DNA from: Treponema sp.
GTDB lineage: Bacteria; Spirochaetota; Spirochaetia; Treponematales; Treponemataceae
Length of the DNA: 64,000 nucleotides
Direction: 5' to 3'
Assembly: GCF_052169735.1 (NCBI RefSeq)
Contig: NZ_JBQNBW010000004.1
Coordinates: 548-64,547 of the forward strand
Made by a program: the position numbers and the translations under genes. The notes below the pieces were generated by a model. That model ran no database searches. It saw nothing but the letters and a program-made list of their open reading frames with translations, and was not told where the DNA came from. Within the stretch, counting starts at the first letter, position 1; every line of letters starts with the position of its first letter. This document shows positions 1-9,459 of this stretch, in pieces.

Positions 1-1506
1 GTGCATATCAACTATAATACGCTCTACACCGCGACGTTCAAAGAATGTAAAGAACTGCGTGTGAATATTGCAGACCGGCTCAAGGCGCTGCCGCTTGCGT
101 ATTTTTCCAAACACGATGTTTCCGACTTATCGCAAACGGTGATGACCGATGTCGCTACAATCGAGCATGCGCTCAGCCACGCAATTCCGCAAACAATCGG
201 TCTTGTGTTCTATTTAATTATAATCGGCGCAATGATGATTACTGCGCATCCGGGATTAGGCTTATGCGTATTTGTTCCGATTATTATCAGCTTTATTCTA
301 TTGATCCTGTCGAAAAAAATTCAGATACGGGAGACAACGCGCGACTTTCATAAACAACGTGAGCGAACGGAATTTTTTCAAGAAGCGATAGAACTGCAAC
401 AGGAAATTAAAAGCTATGGTCTGACGGAAGACACGGCGGGAAAACTGAACCGCAATGTCGATGAAGCGGAAAAATTGCACTTAACTGTGGAAGCACATCA
501 AGCGATCCCGCTTAACATCGCACTGCTGTTTTTAAAGTTTTCTATCGGCATTACCGTATTTTTCGGACTAAAAATGTATCTGGCTGGCACGGCGCCGCTT
601 TTGTATCTTATCGGCTATATTATTGCGGCTTCCCGTGTTGTGGATGCGGTTGCAGGTGTTGAAGCAAACCTTGCAGAGATGATGTATATTGACGCACGGG
701 TCAAGCGCATAAACGAGCTGCGCGAAACAAAAACGCAGGAAGGAGAACCTGCTTCTTTGCAGCATTACGGTATTCAATTTAAAGATGTTGAGTTTTCGTA
801 TAACGATGGACAAAAGATTATCGACGGTATTTCGTTTACGGCGGAACAAAATAAAGTTACCGCACTTGTCGGTCCGTCAGGCTGCGGAAAAACAACCGTA
901 CTCCGGCTTGCGTCCCGTCTCTATGATTACGGCAAGGGACAAATCCTCATCGACGGCAAAGACATTGCAACGATTGATACCGATAGCCTTTTCAATAAAA
1001 TTTCGATTGTCTTTCAGGATGTCGGGCTTTTTAATACCTCGATTATGGAAAATATCCGCGTCGGAAATAAAAATGCCAGCGATGATGAGGTAAAAGAAGC
1101 TGCCCGTCTTGCCAACTGCGCCGAGTTTATCGAAGCGCTGCCGGACGGCTACAATACGGTCATCGGCGAAAACGGCAGCAGGCTTTCCGGCGGAGAGCGT
1201 CAGCGTCTTTCCATTGCGCGCGCTCTTTTGAAAAACGCACCGATTATCATCCTTGACGAAATCAGCGCCTCGCTCGATGTGGAAAACGAAATGAAAATAC
1301 AGGAGAGTCTTAACACCCTCATCAAAGGTAAAACGGTGATTATCATTTCGCACAGATTAAAGTCAATCGAGAACGCCGATAAAATCATCGTAATGAATCA
1401 GGGCAAAGTTGATGCGGAAGGTACGCACGCAGAGCTGTTGCAAAAATCAGCGCTGTATCGGAGTATGATTGAGAAGTCGGGGTTGACTGAAAGTTATACC
1501 TATTAA
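1..1506 (+). CDS. ABC exporter with fused transmembrane and ATP-binding domains; 5' end cut by the window edge
   Basis: Walker A GPSGCGKTT, ABC signature LSGGERQRLSIARA and Walker B IIILDE in the C-terminal half. The N-terminal half is hydrophobic. The ORF is open to position 1. Confidence 0.9.
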   Translation: MHINYNTLYTATFKECKELRVNIADRLKALPLAYFSKHDVSDLSQTVMTDVATIEHALSHAIPQTIGLVFYLIIIGAMMITAHPGLGLCVFVPIIISFILLILSKKIQIRETTRDFHKQRERTEFFQEAIELQQEIKSYGLTEDTAGKLNRNVDEAEKLHLTVEAHQAIPLNIALLFLKFSIGITVFFGLKMYLAGTAPLLYLIGYIIAASRVVDAVAGVEANLAEMMYIDARVKRINELRETKTQEGEPASLQHYGIQFKDVEFSYNDGQKIIDGISFTAEQNKVTALVGPSGCGKTTVLRLASRLYDYGKGQILIDGKDIATIDTDSLFNKISIVFQDVGLFNTSIMENIRVGNKNASDDEVKEAARLANCAEFIEALPDGYNTVIGENGSRLSGGERQRLSIARALLKNAPIIILDEISASLDVENEMKIQESLNTLIKGKTVIIISHRLKSIENADKIIVMNQGKVDAEGTHAELLQKSALYRSMIEKSGLTESYTY

Positions 1507-1632
1507 AAAGTGCAGGTAAAAGGAGCAGGAGATCATATATATAAAAAAATAACCAACCCTGACGTAGGGCGTTGCCGATAAACGGCGGGTATCAGGGTAT
1601 TAAATCCACCGCTCGAATAAACGATAGCTAAA

Positions 1633-1674
1633 ATCAACAACCCCGACGCTCGCACTCGCGTCGGGGTTGTTGAT
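1633..1674. terminator. Perfect hairpin between convergent genes; candidate bidirectional terminator
   Basis: ATCAACAACCCCGACGC / GCGTCGGGGTTGTTGAT forms a 17-bp stem with an 8-nt loop. It lies between the stop of the ABC gene and the stop of the minus-strand lipoprotein gene. Confidence 0.55.
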
Positions 1675-2363
1675 TAGTTTTCAGCGACCGAGGTTGCACG
1701 TAAGGCAGATATTTTCACTAATTCGTTAATACGGGAAAGAGCTTCTTTTTCCTGTTCATTTTTGGCGGAAATCTTGCCTAATGCTGTATCAATTTGCTCT
1801 TGGAAATTGTCTTTATCGATTGTGTACAAAACCACGTATTCAAATTCGGTTTTACCGGAAGACTGCTGCATTTTAACCCAAAATTCACGGCTTTTTTCAA
1901 ATCCGCTAATTTTATTTGAAGAGAAAATACCGATTGCCTGCTCCGCTATTTTGACGGTTGCTGCATCATCTTTGTTTCCCTTGATTGCTGTTCCCAATTC
2001 GCTTGTTACATTCTGTGTAATACTGCGCGAAAGAGTATCTGCTGCATCAGCAGCTGCCCACGATTTGAGTAAATCAACGTCTTGTCCGCGAGCTGACGCA
2101 AACTTGATGTATTTTGAGCTGAACTCGCTCATCTTTTGGATTTTATCAACCGCATCACCCTGCAAAATAATCCGCGCCCATTCGGGAATTTCTGTTCCAT
2201 ATGCCGCACCTTGCCAGTCAACGACCTGAGGACGCGGTGCCATGGGCGCTGCCTGAGCACCGGATGTTGTAGTGCAGCTCGAAACTAAAAGCGCACTTCC
2301 TGCCAAAACCATAAAAACCGCACATATAAGTGCATTCATTGTCTTTTTCATTGTTTCCTCCAT
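1674..2363 (-). CDS. Putative lipoprotein of unknown function
   Basis: N-terminal signal peptide with lipobox LLVSSC. No catalytic motifs recognised. Weak LPP20-like pattern. The real start is possibly the MKKTMNAL methionine. Confidence 0.7.
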   Translation of the reverse strand: MEETMKKTMNALICAVFMVLAGSALLVSSCTTTSGAQAAPMAPRPQVVDWQGAAYGTEIPEWARIILQGDAVDKIQKMSEFSSKYIKFASARGQDVDLLKSWAAADAADTLSRSITQNVTSELGTAIKGNKDDAATVKIAEQAIGIFSSNKISGFEKSREFWVKMQQSSGKTEFEYVVLYTIDKDNFQEQIDTALGKISAKNEQEKEALSRINELVKISALRATSVAEN

Positions 2364-2501
2364 ATAAAAAGAGTATTTTGATAGTATTTAGCACCCTAAA
2401 ACCGATTCGCAGTTTACTAAGCGGACAAGGCAATGACTTTCGTGCCAGAACAAGCCGCTTAGCTTACACTGTTTAGGTGTTTCCTTTAGAGTTAATGTAC
2501 G

Positions 2502-3413
2502 TTAATCTAATGACAAGGAATATCCAAGAGAGACTGCAGTCTTACCGTTTTCAAGTGGTGCAACTGCAAAATTCAACCCGTTGAGAATATCTGCAGCCCC
2601 CATCGATTGGTTTTTATTCCGCTTTACATAATATTTAGGACGTACAAACCCGTAAATAATTCTTGCTGCACCTGAAATACATCCGAGACTCAGAAAAGCA
2701 AGTCCTGCATCACTACCACCGCTAGACAGATCAGCTATACCGCCAATAAACATACCAAGGTTTGCCGCATGCCATGCGGTAAGAATAGCACCATCTACAT
2801 AATTCCCTGCAATATACGCACCCGTTCCAAAGAGCAGATTGCCGAATCCTAATCCCGCAAGCTGCCCGCCGTGATAGCGATCCGCCCGCAGTACTTTTTT
2901 GCTGCCCTTCTTGGCTCCTGCCGATAAGAGCAAAACAACCGTCTCACTGGCATCAACTTTTGCACGATAAATGTCTTCTACTGCTGCCGTGGTAACGTTC
3001 AGTGCATGAATAACGAGCAAATAGGACTCTCCGAATGGTTTTAAGTTCCCGCGGATAACCGTCTGAGCCCCCGCCATTGCACCGATCTGCTGAATGGACT
3101 CATCGCCGACTTCACCCGAAAGCTGGAAATTCATTTCCTTTTTAATTGCAGCAAGGTTAGCACGGTCTGCAACCTTGAGCTTTCTCAATCGTACAAAGTT
3201 GACTGTCAGTTCATCCAGCATAAAGTCGCTCATATCTTCCGTGTCGGAAGAAATACCGATAATCGCTATCGTGCTGCCGGTCTTGATTGTTTTTGAAAAC
3301 TGCTCCGCCGTTTCTGCCAAAGCAGCCTCAATTTCAATGGCAAAAGCCGCTGCATGAACCGTTAGCACCGCTACCATAATGCCAAGGATTTTTTTCATTC
3401 CTCTCCTCCTCAT
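2502..3413 (-). CDS. Exported or membrane protein with a CsgG/LpoB/FlgO-like N-terminal domain and a glycine-rich hydrophobic C-terminus
   Basis: Signal peptide. The segment TIAIIGISS...VADRANLAAIKKEMNFQLSGEV...IGAMAGAQTVIRGNL...YLLVIHALNVTTAAV matches the pattern I recall for CsgG/LpoB-type domains. The C-terminus contains Gly-rich TM-like segments. Confidence 0.55.
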   Translation of the reverse strand: MRRRGMKKILGIMVAVLTVHAAAFAIEIEAALAETAEQFSKTIKTGSTIAIIGISSDTEDMSDFMLDELTVNFVRLRKLKVADRANLAAIKKEMNFQLSGEVGDESIQQIGAMAGAQTVIRGNLKPFGESYLLVIHALNVTTAAVEDIYRAKVDASETVVLLLSAGAKKGSKKVLRADRYHGGQLAGLGFGNLLFGTGAYIAGNYVDGAILTAWHAANLGMFIGGIADLSSGGSDAGLAFLSLGCISGAARIIYGFVRPKYYVKRNKNQSMGAADILNGLNFAVAPLENGKTAVSLGYSLSLD

Positions 3414-3459
3414 ATTTTAGTATTTTCCGGCTGCAAAACATTTCCACAGCCGTATTACA

Positions 3460-4432
3460 CTATTTAAAGACATCCATAAAGTTGGCGCGCAAATCTTTAC
3501 CGATTTCGGTGTATGCCTTTCTGACCGCACTATCAAAATCGCGGTGTCCCCATTTCTTATAGCGGCGGGAATAAGAATACAGAGAATCACCGTGCCGATT
3601 GAGGATTTTCAGCACCAGATTCGGCTGGACAAACACGCCCGCATCATTTTCCGATCGCTCCAGCGTAATCTTGCCGGAGATGAGCAGCCCTGTGTTGCCT
3701 CCATAAATAAAGCCTTCATTTTCGAGAATTTCTTGTAAGACTGCAGCAATGGCGCCGTTCTCATCGTTTTCAATCCTTATTCCAAAAGATAAGCGCGGTT
3801 TAATTGTACGCATTCCCGTAATGCATTCATTTTCGATTGCGTTAATTTCTGCCTGATAGATTTTACTTTTTTCTGCGTTAAGAACGGTGAGTGTGTCTCG
3901 TGTTTTTTGTAATTGTCCTAGGTATTCTTTGAGGTGGGAAAAACCGGTAAAAGCGGAAATAGAAATACCTGCATTCTTACAGTCTCTCAATGTGTTTTTT
4001 GCTTTTTGAATACCACTATCCAGCTCTACCGTGCAGCGTTTTGCAGCATCAGCTTTATTGATGTAGGCGCAAACATGCCATTCCCCCGCGCGGTCGCAAA
4101 AAGCTTCGGAAAAACTGAGAAGAGGTAAGTCTGTCTCGGATTCGATTATGAGAGAGCTTGAAGCGGAACGGGATTTTTCGATCGAAGCAGATTCGGTAAT
4201 AGTGCTTGAAACTTCACGGTTGATGGTTATGGTAGAATTAAAGTAGAGTGCGAGCTGCGTAACGGCATCTTCTTTTGCCTGTGTCTCGGATGCACCTGAA
4301 CCGAGCGCACTTATGAATAGCGTATCAGGATATTTTACACTTCTATGAGAGAGCCACAGAGGAGCTTCTTGGGCATACGCAGAAGCAGTAAAGTAAAGTA
4401 AAGTAAAGTAAAGTAAAGTTGCGGTGTTTCAT
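3460..4432 (-). pseudogene. Exported protein gene (possibly LPP20-like), out of frame within a pentanucleotide repeat as assembled
   Basis: ATG at 4432 gives MKHRNFTLLYFTLLY, then a stop at 4345-4343. A second frame is open from 4428 to 3460 with no start codon before 3990. A change of +1 or -2 repeat units fuses the two frames into a protein with a good signal peptide. Confidence 0.6.
4387..4419 (-). repeat. Pentanucleotide microsatellite: (AGTAA)6+AGT on plus, (TTACT)n on the coding strand
   Basis: Counted directly: six full AGTAA units followed by AGT. Confidence 0.95.
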
Positions 4433-4524
4433 AGCTATAACATATAAAGATTGTAAGATTGTCTAGAAACCAATCCTATCTACTGTTTAGTATCTCAAAT
4501 CAAAACAGTTTTGTCAAGTATCGT

Positions 4525-4623
4525 CCTTAGAATACAACAGTTGTATAAAGTATGAACTTTGGAGACTGTTGCATTGGTGTGCGATAGCGCACATACAATA
4601 AATGAGGTTTGCGGTACGCAAAC
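4525..4623 (-). promoter_or_regulatory. Leader-like structured element, copy C, upstream of the repeat-containing gene
   Basis: Minus-strand sense: hairpin GTTTGCG-TAC-CGCAAAC, hairpin TGTGCG-CTAT-CGCACA, stem CAACAG...CTGTTG, then TTCTAAGGA. Homologous to the copies at 22007-22254 and 36345-36440. Confidence 0.5.
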
Positions 4624-4723
4624 TTGCCGTTCAGGAATATATAGGATGGATATTCGTGGGCGCGGATGTCCATGGTATTAATCAGAAGTACGTTTGAACA
4701 ACAAACGTACCACCCGATAAGCA

Positions 4724-6280
4724 CTACGCCTGCGCAGTGCTCCCAAATACTAACACCCCAAGCCAGCAAATCAATCCGGCGAGCAGTGCATACAGAATGA
4801 AATACTTAAATACCGACGCTAAAATCTTACTTTCCGATCCGGTTAAATTGGTTGCGCCTGCTCCGATGGCGATATTCTGCGGACATACCATCTTACCGAT
4901 CCCTGCTCCCATCACATTCGCTGCAGTAATCCAATACGGATTGAGCTGCAAAGCCGTTGCTGTTTCCAATTGCAAATTACCGAATAGCACACAGGTTGAC
5001 GTGCCTGAACCGGTTATAAAAGCTCCTAACACCCCGATCAGCGGAGCGACAAAAGGATAAACCGGACCGGCTCCGGCAACCGCTGCAATAGCAATATCGG
5101 AAATCATACCGCTATAGATCATAATCTTTGCAGTTGCTATAACAGCGCATATCGTAAAAACTGCTGTCCAGTATTTTTTAAGTGTTGCTATAAAAACACG
5201 CATCGTATCACTCAACCGTGCCTTTTGAATCAAACTGCCGCAGACTGCTGCAATAAAGATCATAATCCCCGGCGTATTTATCCAACTAAATGTAAGCGGT
5301 TTGCCGCCCGTGCCTGTGTACACCATAACGGAAGTTTTTATGTCTTTGATTGCATTATACAGCGGAGGGAAAAGCGGAGAGGTAGACAGCAGCAGTATAA
5401 AAATCAATATGAACGGAGCCCATGCCTGCAGCCCTTCTGCAAAGCCGATGTGAGCTGTTTCCGTCTCTGTCTGCACCGGCTGCGCTGCCGACTTAGTGAA
5501 AAAAGCATTGCGTATTTTGACAGCGATAATAATACAAAGCATTGCACACATCGAGCCGACAATATTCGGCAATTCAGGTCCCAAAAATCGTGCAAATAAA
5601 AGACTCGGTATGATAAAGGACAAAGACGCAATCAATGTAGTCCCCAGCACCCCTTTCAGCGCTTTTATCCCGCCGCCGCAGATCATTACTGCAAGGAATG
5701 GAGAAATAAAGGTATGAAGCACTTGTATGAAAGCAGCGGTCGAGGCAAGCGGTAAAAGCTCCAACCCGGTAATAGATGCCAATGTAGCAGTAGGTACCCC
5801 CACGGAACCGAATGCAGTCGGTGTTGTATTCATTACCAGACAGGCAAGTACTGCGGACACAGGATCAAGACCAATACCGGCAAGCATAGATGCAGGAATT
5901 GCAACAGCAGTTCCGAACCCAGCCATTCCTTCCATAAAATTGCCGAATCCCCACCCGATAATCAGCAGCAATATTCTTTGATCATTGGAAATAGTACCGA
6001 GCATTGTCTTAATGCGCTCCATAGCCCCGGTTGCTACACTCAGATTGTAGGTAAACAATGCGGCAATAATGACCAAGCAAATCGGCCATAGCGCATTCAG
6101 TATGCCTTCCAGCGCAGCTGATGCAACATGGAGTACCGGCAGCTTCCAATACAATCCTGCTAAAGCAGCAGTCAGGAGCAAGGCAATGCCGCATGCCGTA
6201 TAACTCGGCATTTTAAGTTTACCTAAGGCAAGAATAAGCCACAAAATAGGCAGCAGTGCAAGTATAAAGTGTACCAACAT
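4724..6280 (-). CDS. lctP: L-lactate/glycolate permease (LctP family)
   Basis: 518-aa polytopic membrane protein. The N-terminus (LPILWLILALGKLKMP) and overall pattern resemble the LctP family. AAGGAG lies upstream of the ATG. Confidence 0.8.
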   Translation of the reverse strand: MLVHFILALLPILWLILALGKLKMPSYTACGIALLLTAALAGLYWKLPVLHVASAALEGILNALWPICLVIIAALFTYNLSVATGAMERIKTMLGTISNDQRILLLIIGWGFGNFMEGMAGFGTAVAIPASMLAGIGLDPVSAVLACLVMNTTPTAFGSVGVPTATLASITGLELLPLASTAAFIQVLHTFISPFLAVMICGGGIKALKGVLGTTLIASLSFIIPSLLFARFLGPELPNIVGSMCAMLCIIIAVKIRNAFFTKSAAQPVQTETETAHIGFAEGLQAWAPFILIFILLLSTSPLFPPLYNAIKDIKTSVMVYTGTGGKPLTFSWINTPGIMIFIAAVCGSLIQKARLSDTMRVFIATLKKYWTAVFTICAVIATAKIMIYSGMISDIAIAAVAGAGPVYPFVAPLIGVLGAFITGSGTSTCVLFGNLQLETATALQLNPYWITAANVMGAGIGKMVCPQNIAIGAGATNLTGSESKILASVFKYFILYALLAGLICWLGVLVFGSTAQA

Positions 6281-6294
6281 CGGTTTTCTTCTCC

Positions 6295-7170
6295 TTATTC
6301 TTTTAATGCACCTTCGCCGAATCCCTTGATAAGCTGTGCATGGAAGATAATATAGAACACAATCATCGGAAGTACTCCGATGACAAGCGAGGCATATTGT
6401 AAACCGTAATCGATATTAAGCCGTCCTGCAAATTGGGTGATAGCAACCGGTAAACTCTTCAGAGCCGCCTTCGTAGTAAAAACAAAGACAAATAAAAATT
6501 CATTCCAATGATGTAGGAAAGACAGGATCACCATCGTTGCAATCACGGGAACCGATAAGGGCATAATCATCATCCAGAATATATAGCGGTATTTTGCACC
6601 GTCTATTTCAGCAGACTCGATCAACGCATTGGGAATGCCCCGGACGTATGAAATCGCAATCATAATGGAAAGAGGCAGATCGAATGCAATGTACGGAATA
6701 ATAACACCGAGGCGGGTATTGATCATTCCTAATTTTGATTCCAATTGAAATAGCGGAATAATAACAGCATGAACACTAATCATTAAACCAAAAGCAAAAA
6801 TCGAGGTAAATACTTTTGCTGATTTAAAAGGAAATTTAGTAAGCCCGAATGCAGCAGCCATTGCGAACAGCATGGTAGACACTGTTGCTGTAATGGTATA
6901 GATAAAACTATTGAGCAGTGCAATACCGAGACCGCCCTTAGCCCATGATTCGGTGTAGTTAAACAAGGTAGGCTCTTTTGGTAATCCTAACGGATAAATC
7001 ATAATTTCAGCATTCAATTTAAAAGAGGAATAAAAAAGCCAAATCAGCGGGAACAGGGTGAGTACCGCAAAGCTCAGCATTAAAATATAAGCGCTCACTC
7101 GCCAGCTTTGAGAGGCTTCTTTCAGTATATTCCGTTTTGGGATCATCATATTGAGCCTCCTAATAATCAA
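6295..7170 (-). CDS. Carbohydrate ABC transporter permease (MalG-like)
   Basis: Six TM segments and an EAA-loop-like ESAEIDGAKYRYIFWMMIMP. Confidence 0.9.
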   Translation of the reverse strand: MIIRRLNMMIPKRNILKEASQSWRVSAYILMLSFAVLTLFPLIWLFYSSFKLNAEIMIYPLGLPKEPTLFNYTESWAKGGLGIALLNSFIYTITATVSTMLFAMAAAFGLTKFPFKSAKVFTSIFAFGLMISVHAVIIPLFQLESKLGMINTRLGVIIPYIAFDLPLSIMIAISYVRGIPNALIESAEIDGAKYRYIFWMMIMPLSVPVIATMVILSFLHHWNEFLFVFVFTTKAALKSLPVAITQFAGRLNIDYGLQYASLVIGVLPMIVFYIIFHAQLIKGFGEGALKE

Positions 7171-8038
7171 AGCGTTTTGTTACGGCACGGCTTACCAGCA
7201 AGGCAATAACAGTAAAGATGATAATGATAACAGCAAGCGCGCTACCGTAACCATAGTTTTGAAACACAAAGGTTGTATTGTACATATACACAGCGATAAC
7301 CTCTGTAAAATGCGCAGGACCGCCGCCGGTCATTGAATACACAAGATCAAAACTCTTAAAACTGCCGGAAACTGCAAGAATGGTATTGATAAAAATCACG
7401 TTTGCAAGCATCGGCGCAATAAGGCGGATAAAAATTGTTCCCTCCCGCGCTCCTTCCAGTTGAGCAGCCTCTATTACACTGTAGGGTATCCGCTGTAAAT
7501 TTGCTAAAAAGATGACCATATAAAGACTGGTATGCTGCCACAACAGCACAAAAAGGATAGGCGCAATCGCAAAATACTTATCCTCAAATATTGTCATAAT
7601 ATAATCAGGATTATCGGTTAACTCACGTACAATAGTAGGAACTACACCGACAGGAGAAAAAATCCGGTTCCATAGCTGCGCTACAATAACGGAAGAAATC
7701 GTAATGGGAAGGAAAATCAGTACTTCAAAAAAATTAGCATGTTTGACCATTTTGCGGTACAGCATATAAGCAAGAAGAAGTCCGAGCGGAATTTGTCCCA
7801 ATACCGAAATCAATACAATGAGGATATTATTCCGTAAGCCGATATAGAATACCGGATCGGTGAACATTCTGATATAGTTTCCCAGTCCGATAAATTCCAT
7901 CTTTCCATATCCTTTCCATTTCGTCAGGCTTAAATAAAAGCTGAACAGCACGGGAAAAACAATGATTCCAATGTAAATGAAAAAAGCAGGCAAGATAAAA
8001 GAAAGATAGCTCATCCGTTTTTGCCGTAAATAAGTCAT
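7160..8038 (-). CDS. Carbohydrate ABC transporter permease (MalF-like)
   Basis: EAA loop EAAQLEGAREGTIFIRLIAPML. Overlaps the downstream permease gene by 11 nt. Confidence 0.9.
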   Translation of the reverse strand: MTYLRQKRMSYLSFILPAFFIYIGIIVFPVLFSFYLSLTKWKGYGKMEFIGLGNYIRMFTDPVFYIGLRNNILIVLISVLGQIPLGLLLAYMLYRKMVKHANFFEVLIFLPITISSVIVAQLWNRIFSPVGVVPTIVRELTDNPDYIMTIFEDKYFAIAPILFVLLWQHTSLYMVIFLANLQRIPYSVIEAAQLEGAREGTIFIRLIAPMLANVIFINTILAVSGSFKSFDLVYSMTGGGPAHFTEVIAVYMYNTTFVFQNYGYGSALAVIIIIFTVIALLVSRAVTKRFDY

Positions 8039-8052
8039 AGAACGTGAACCGC

Positions 8053-8133
8053 CTTTTAGAGATATCCTCTATACCAAAATTTTAAAAGTAGAGCAAAACT
8101 CCAAAAATTTATGCCTAAGTTTTTAGAGATGCC
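8053..8133. repeat. REP-like element, degenerate; two TTTTAGAGAT arms
   Basis: Contains CTTTTAGAGATATCC and AGTTTTTAGAGATGCC. Same family as 25136-25176. Confidence 0.5.
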
Positions 8134-8248
8134 CTGTATGCACTAACCGGAATTGAACACAGCGGTATTAGCTTATCATAACAACTTATCCCTAAACAAG
8201 CCCCCATGACATTTCGGTGGAGCATACCGTTCCTCATACATCGCATTG

Positions 8249-9436
8249 CTATGAGCCGCTTAACATCTCTTCGATAAACTCTGCCGGTTCCCATTCCTTA
8301 TTCAATATCTTATAGAGCCCTGCACACAAGGGCAGGCGCAGATCATATTGAGCGGCGAGTTTTTTCAGATAAGAGCACGCTACAATGCCTTCCGGTAAAT
8401 ATCCGAGGTTTCCGATATGGGCGATAAGATCATCAATCCCAGTAAAGGACTCCAAAAGCCGCTTGGTGATAATCTCCCTACCGAATTTACGATTCCGCCC
8501 GTACTTACTGCGGCAGGTAACATCCAAATCTCCAATCCCGGAAATAGAGGTAAAGGTTTCAGGATGGGTTGCGCCCATTGCCCGTCCAATAATCTGAATT
8601 TCGTTTAAGCCTGCCGCTAACAGAAGCGATTCCGTATTATCACCGAAAAAGTCAGACGATTCGATTAAAGCATCCAGTAAACCGAAGGCAATCGCAATCA
8701 CGTTTTTTGCAGCGGCACAAACTTGTACACCGATAATATCAAGACTCGAATACACCAATAAACTGCGGGATTTCAGCATTTCGCGGCAGCGGATCGAATT
8801 GAGAGGATTCTTTGAAGCAGCAATTAAGCCGGTAAGCTTTCCGGCAGCAACTTCTTCCCCATGACTCGGTCCGGCAACATATACAACATGATCCCGATAC
8901 ACATCCGGTAATTTTTTTTCTAAAGCATCGAGAATAAGCTGCGGTTCACCCTTCGCATCGGGAAGAAATCCCTTGGTCAGTACCGCAATAAGCGGATATG
9001 TGTCATGGGTATCGGAAGAAACTCCAATACCGGGAAAAGATATTCCGGTGCCGGAAGATGCAGCGCCGGCTACAGTATCTGCACTCTCTGCAGAATCCGC
9101 GCTATCTATAGAGGATGCACCGCCTACAGGCTCTGCAGTTGCAAAAGGAGTACACGTAAGTAAGCGCTCAACCGTATCCATTAAATAGAGTGAAGGGCTT
9201 GCCAAAAAAAGAACATCTGCAAATCTGCATACCTCCTGCATATCAGAAGAAGCAGTAACAGAAGGCGGCAGTTCATAACCCGGTAAGTATTTTGTATTGA
9301 CATGTTCAGTATTGATTGCGGAACACAGCTCAGGGCTGCGGCTCCACAGCATAACCCGGTTCCCGCTCCGGGCAAGCGCAGAGGCGGCAGCAGTTCCCCA
9401 TGAACCTGCACCAAGCACCCCAACATTTTCACGCAT
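8249..9436 (-). CDS. gpsA: NAD(P)H-dependent glycerol-3-phosphate dehydrogenase with a low-complexity insertion
   Basis: N-terminal GAGSWGTA Rossmann motif. Remaining GpsA-like pattern (KGF...GPSHGEEV...AAKNVIAIA). 395 aa. Confidence 0.9.
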   Translation of the reverse strand: MRENVGVLGAGSWGTAAASALARSGNRVMLWSRSPELCSAINTEHVNTKYLPGYELPPSVTASSDMQEVCRFADVLFLASPSLYLMDTVERLLTCTPFATAEPVGGASSIDSADSAESADTVAGAASSGTGISFPGIGVSSDTHDTYPLIAVLTKGFLPDAKGEPQLILDALEKKLPDVYRDHVVYVAGPSHGEEVAAGKLTGLIAASKNPLNSIRCREMLKSRSLLVYSSLDIIGVQVCAAAKNVIAIAFGLLDALIESSDFFGDNTESLLLAAGLNEIQIIGRAMGATHPETFTSISGIGDLDVTCRSKYGRNRKFGREIITKRLLESFTGIDDLIAHIGNLGYLPEGIVACSYLKKLAAQYDLRLPLCAGLYKILNKEWEPAEFIEEMLSGS

Positions 9437-9459
9437 AATAAAGCTCCTTTACCATAGAC

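Noticed and set aside
4527-4769. 80-aa minus-strand ORF between lctP and the repeat-containing gene
   Set aside because: It overlaps the lctP 3' end and runs through the leader-like repeat element. There is no RBS, and the translation looks random.
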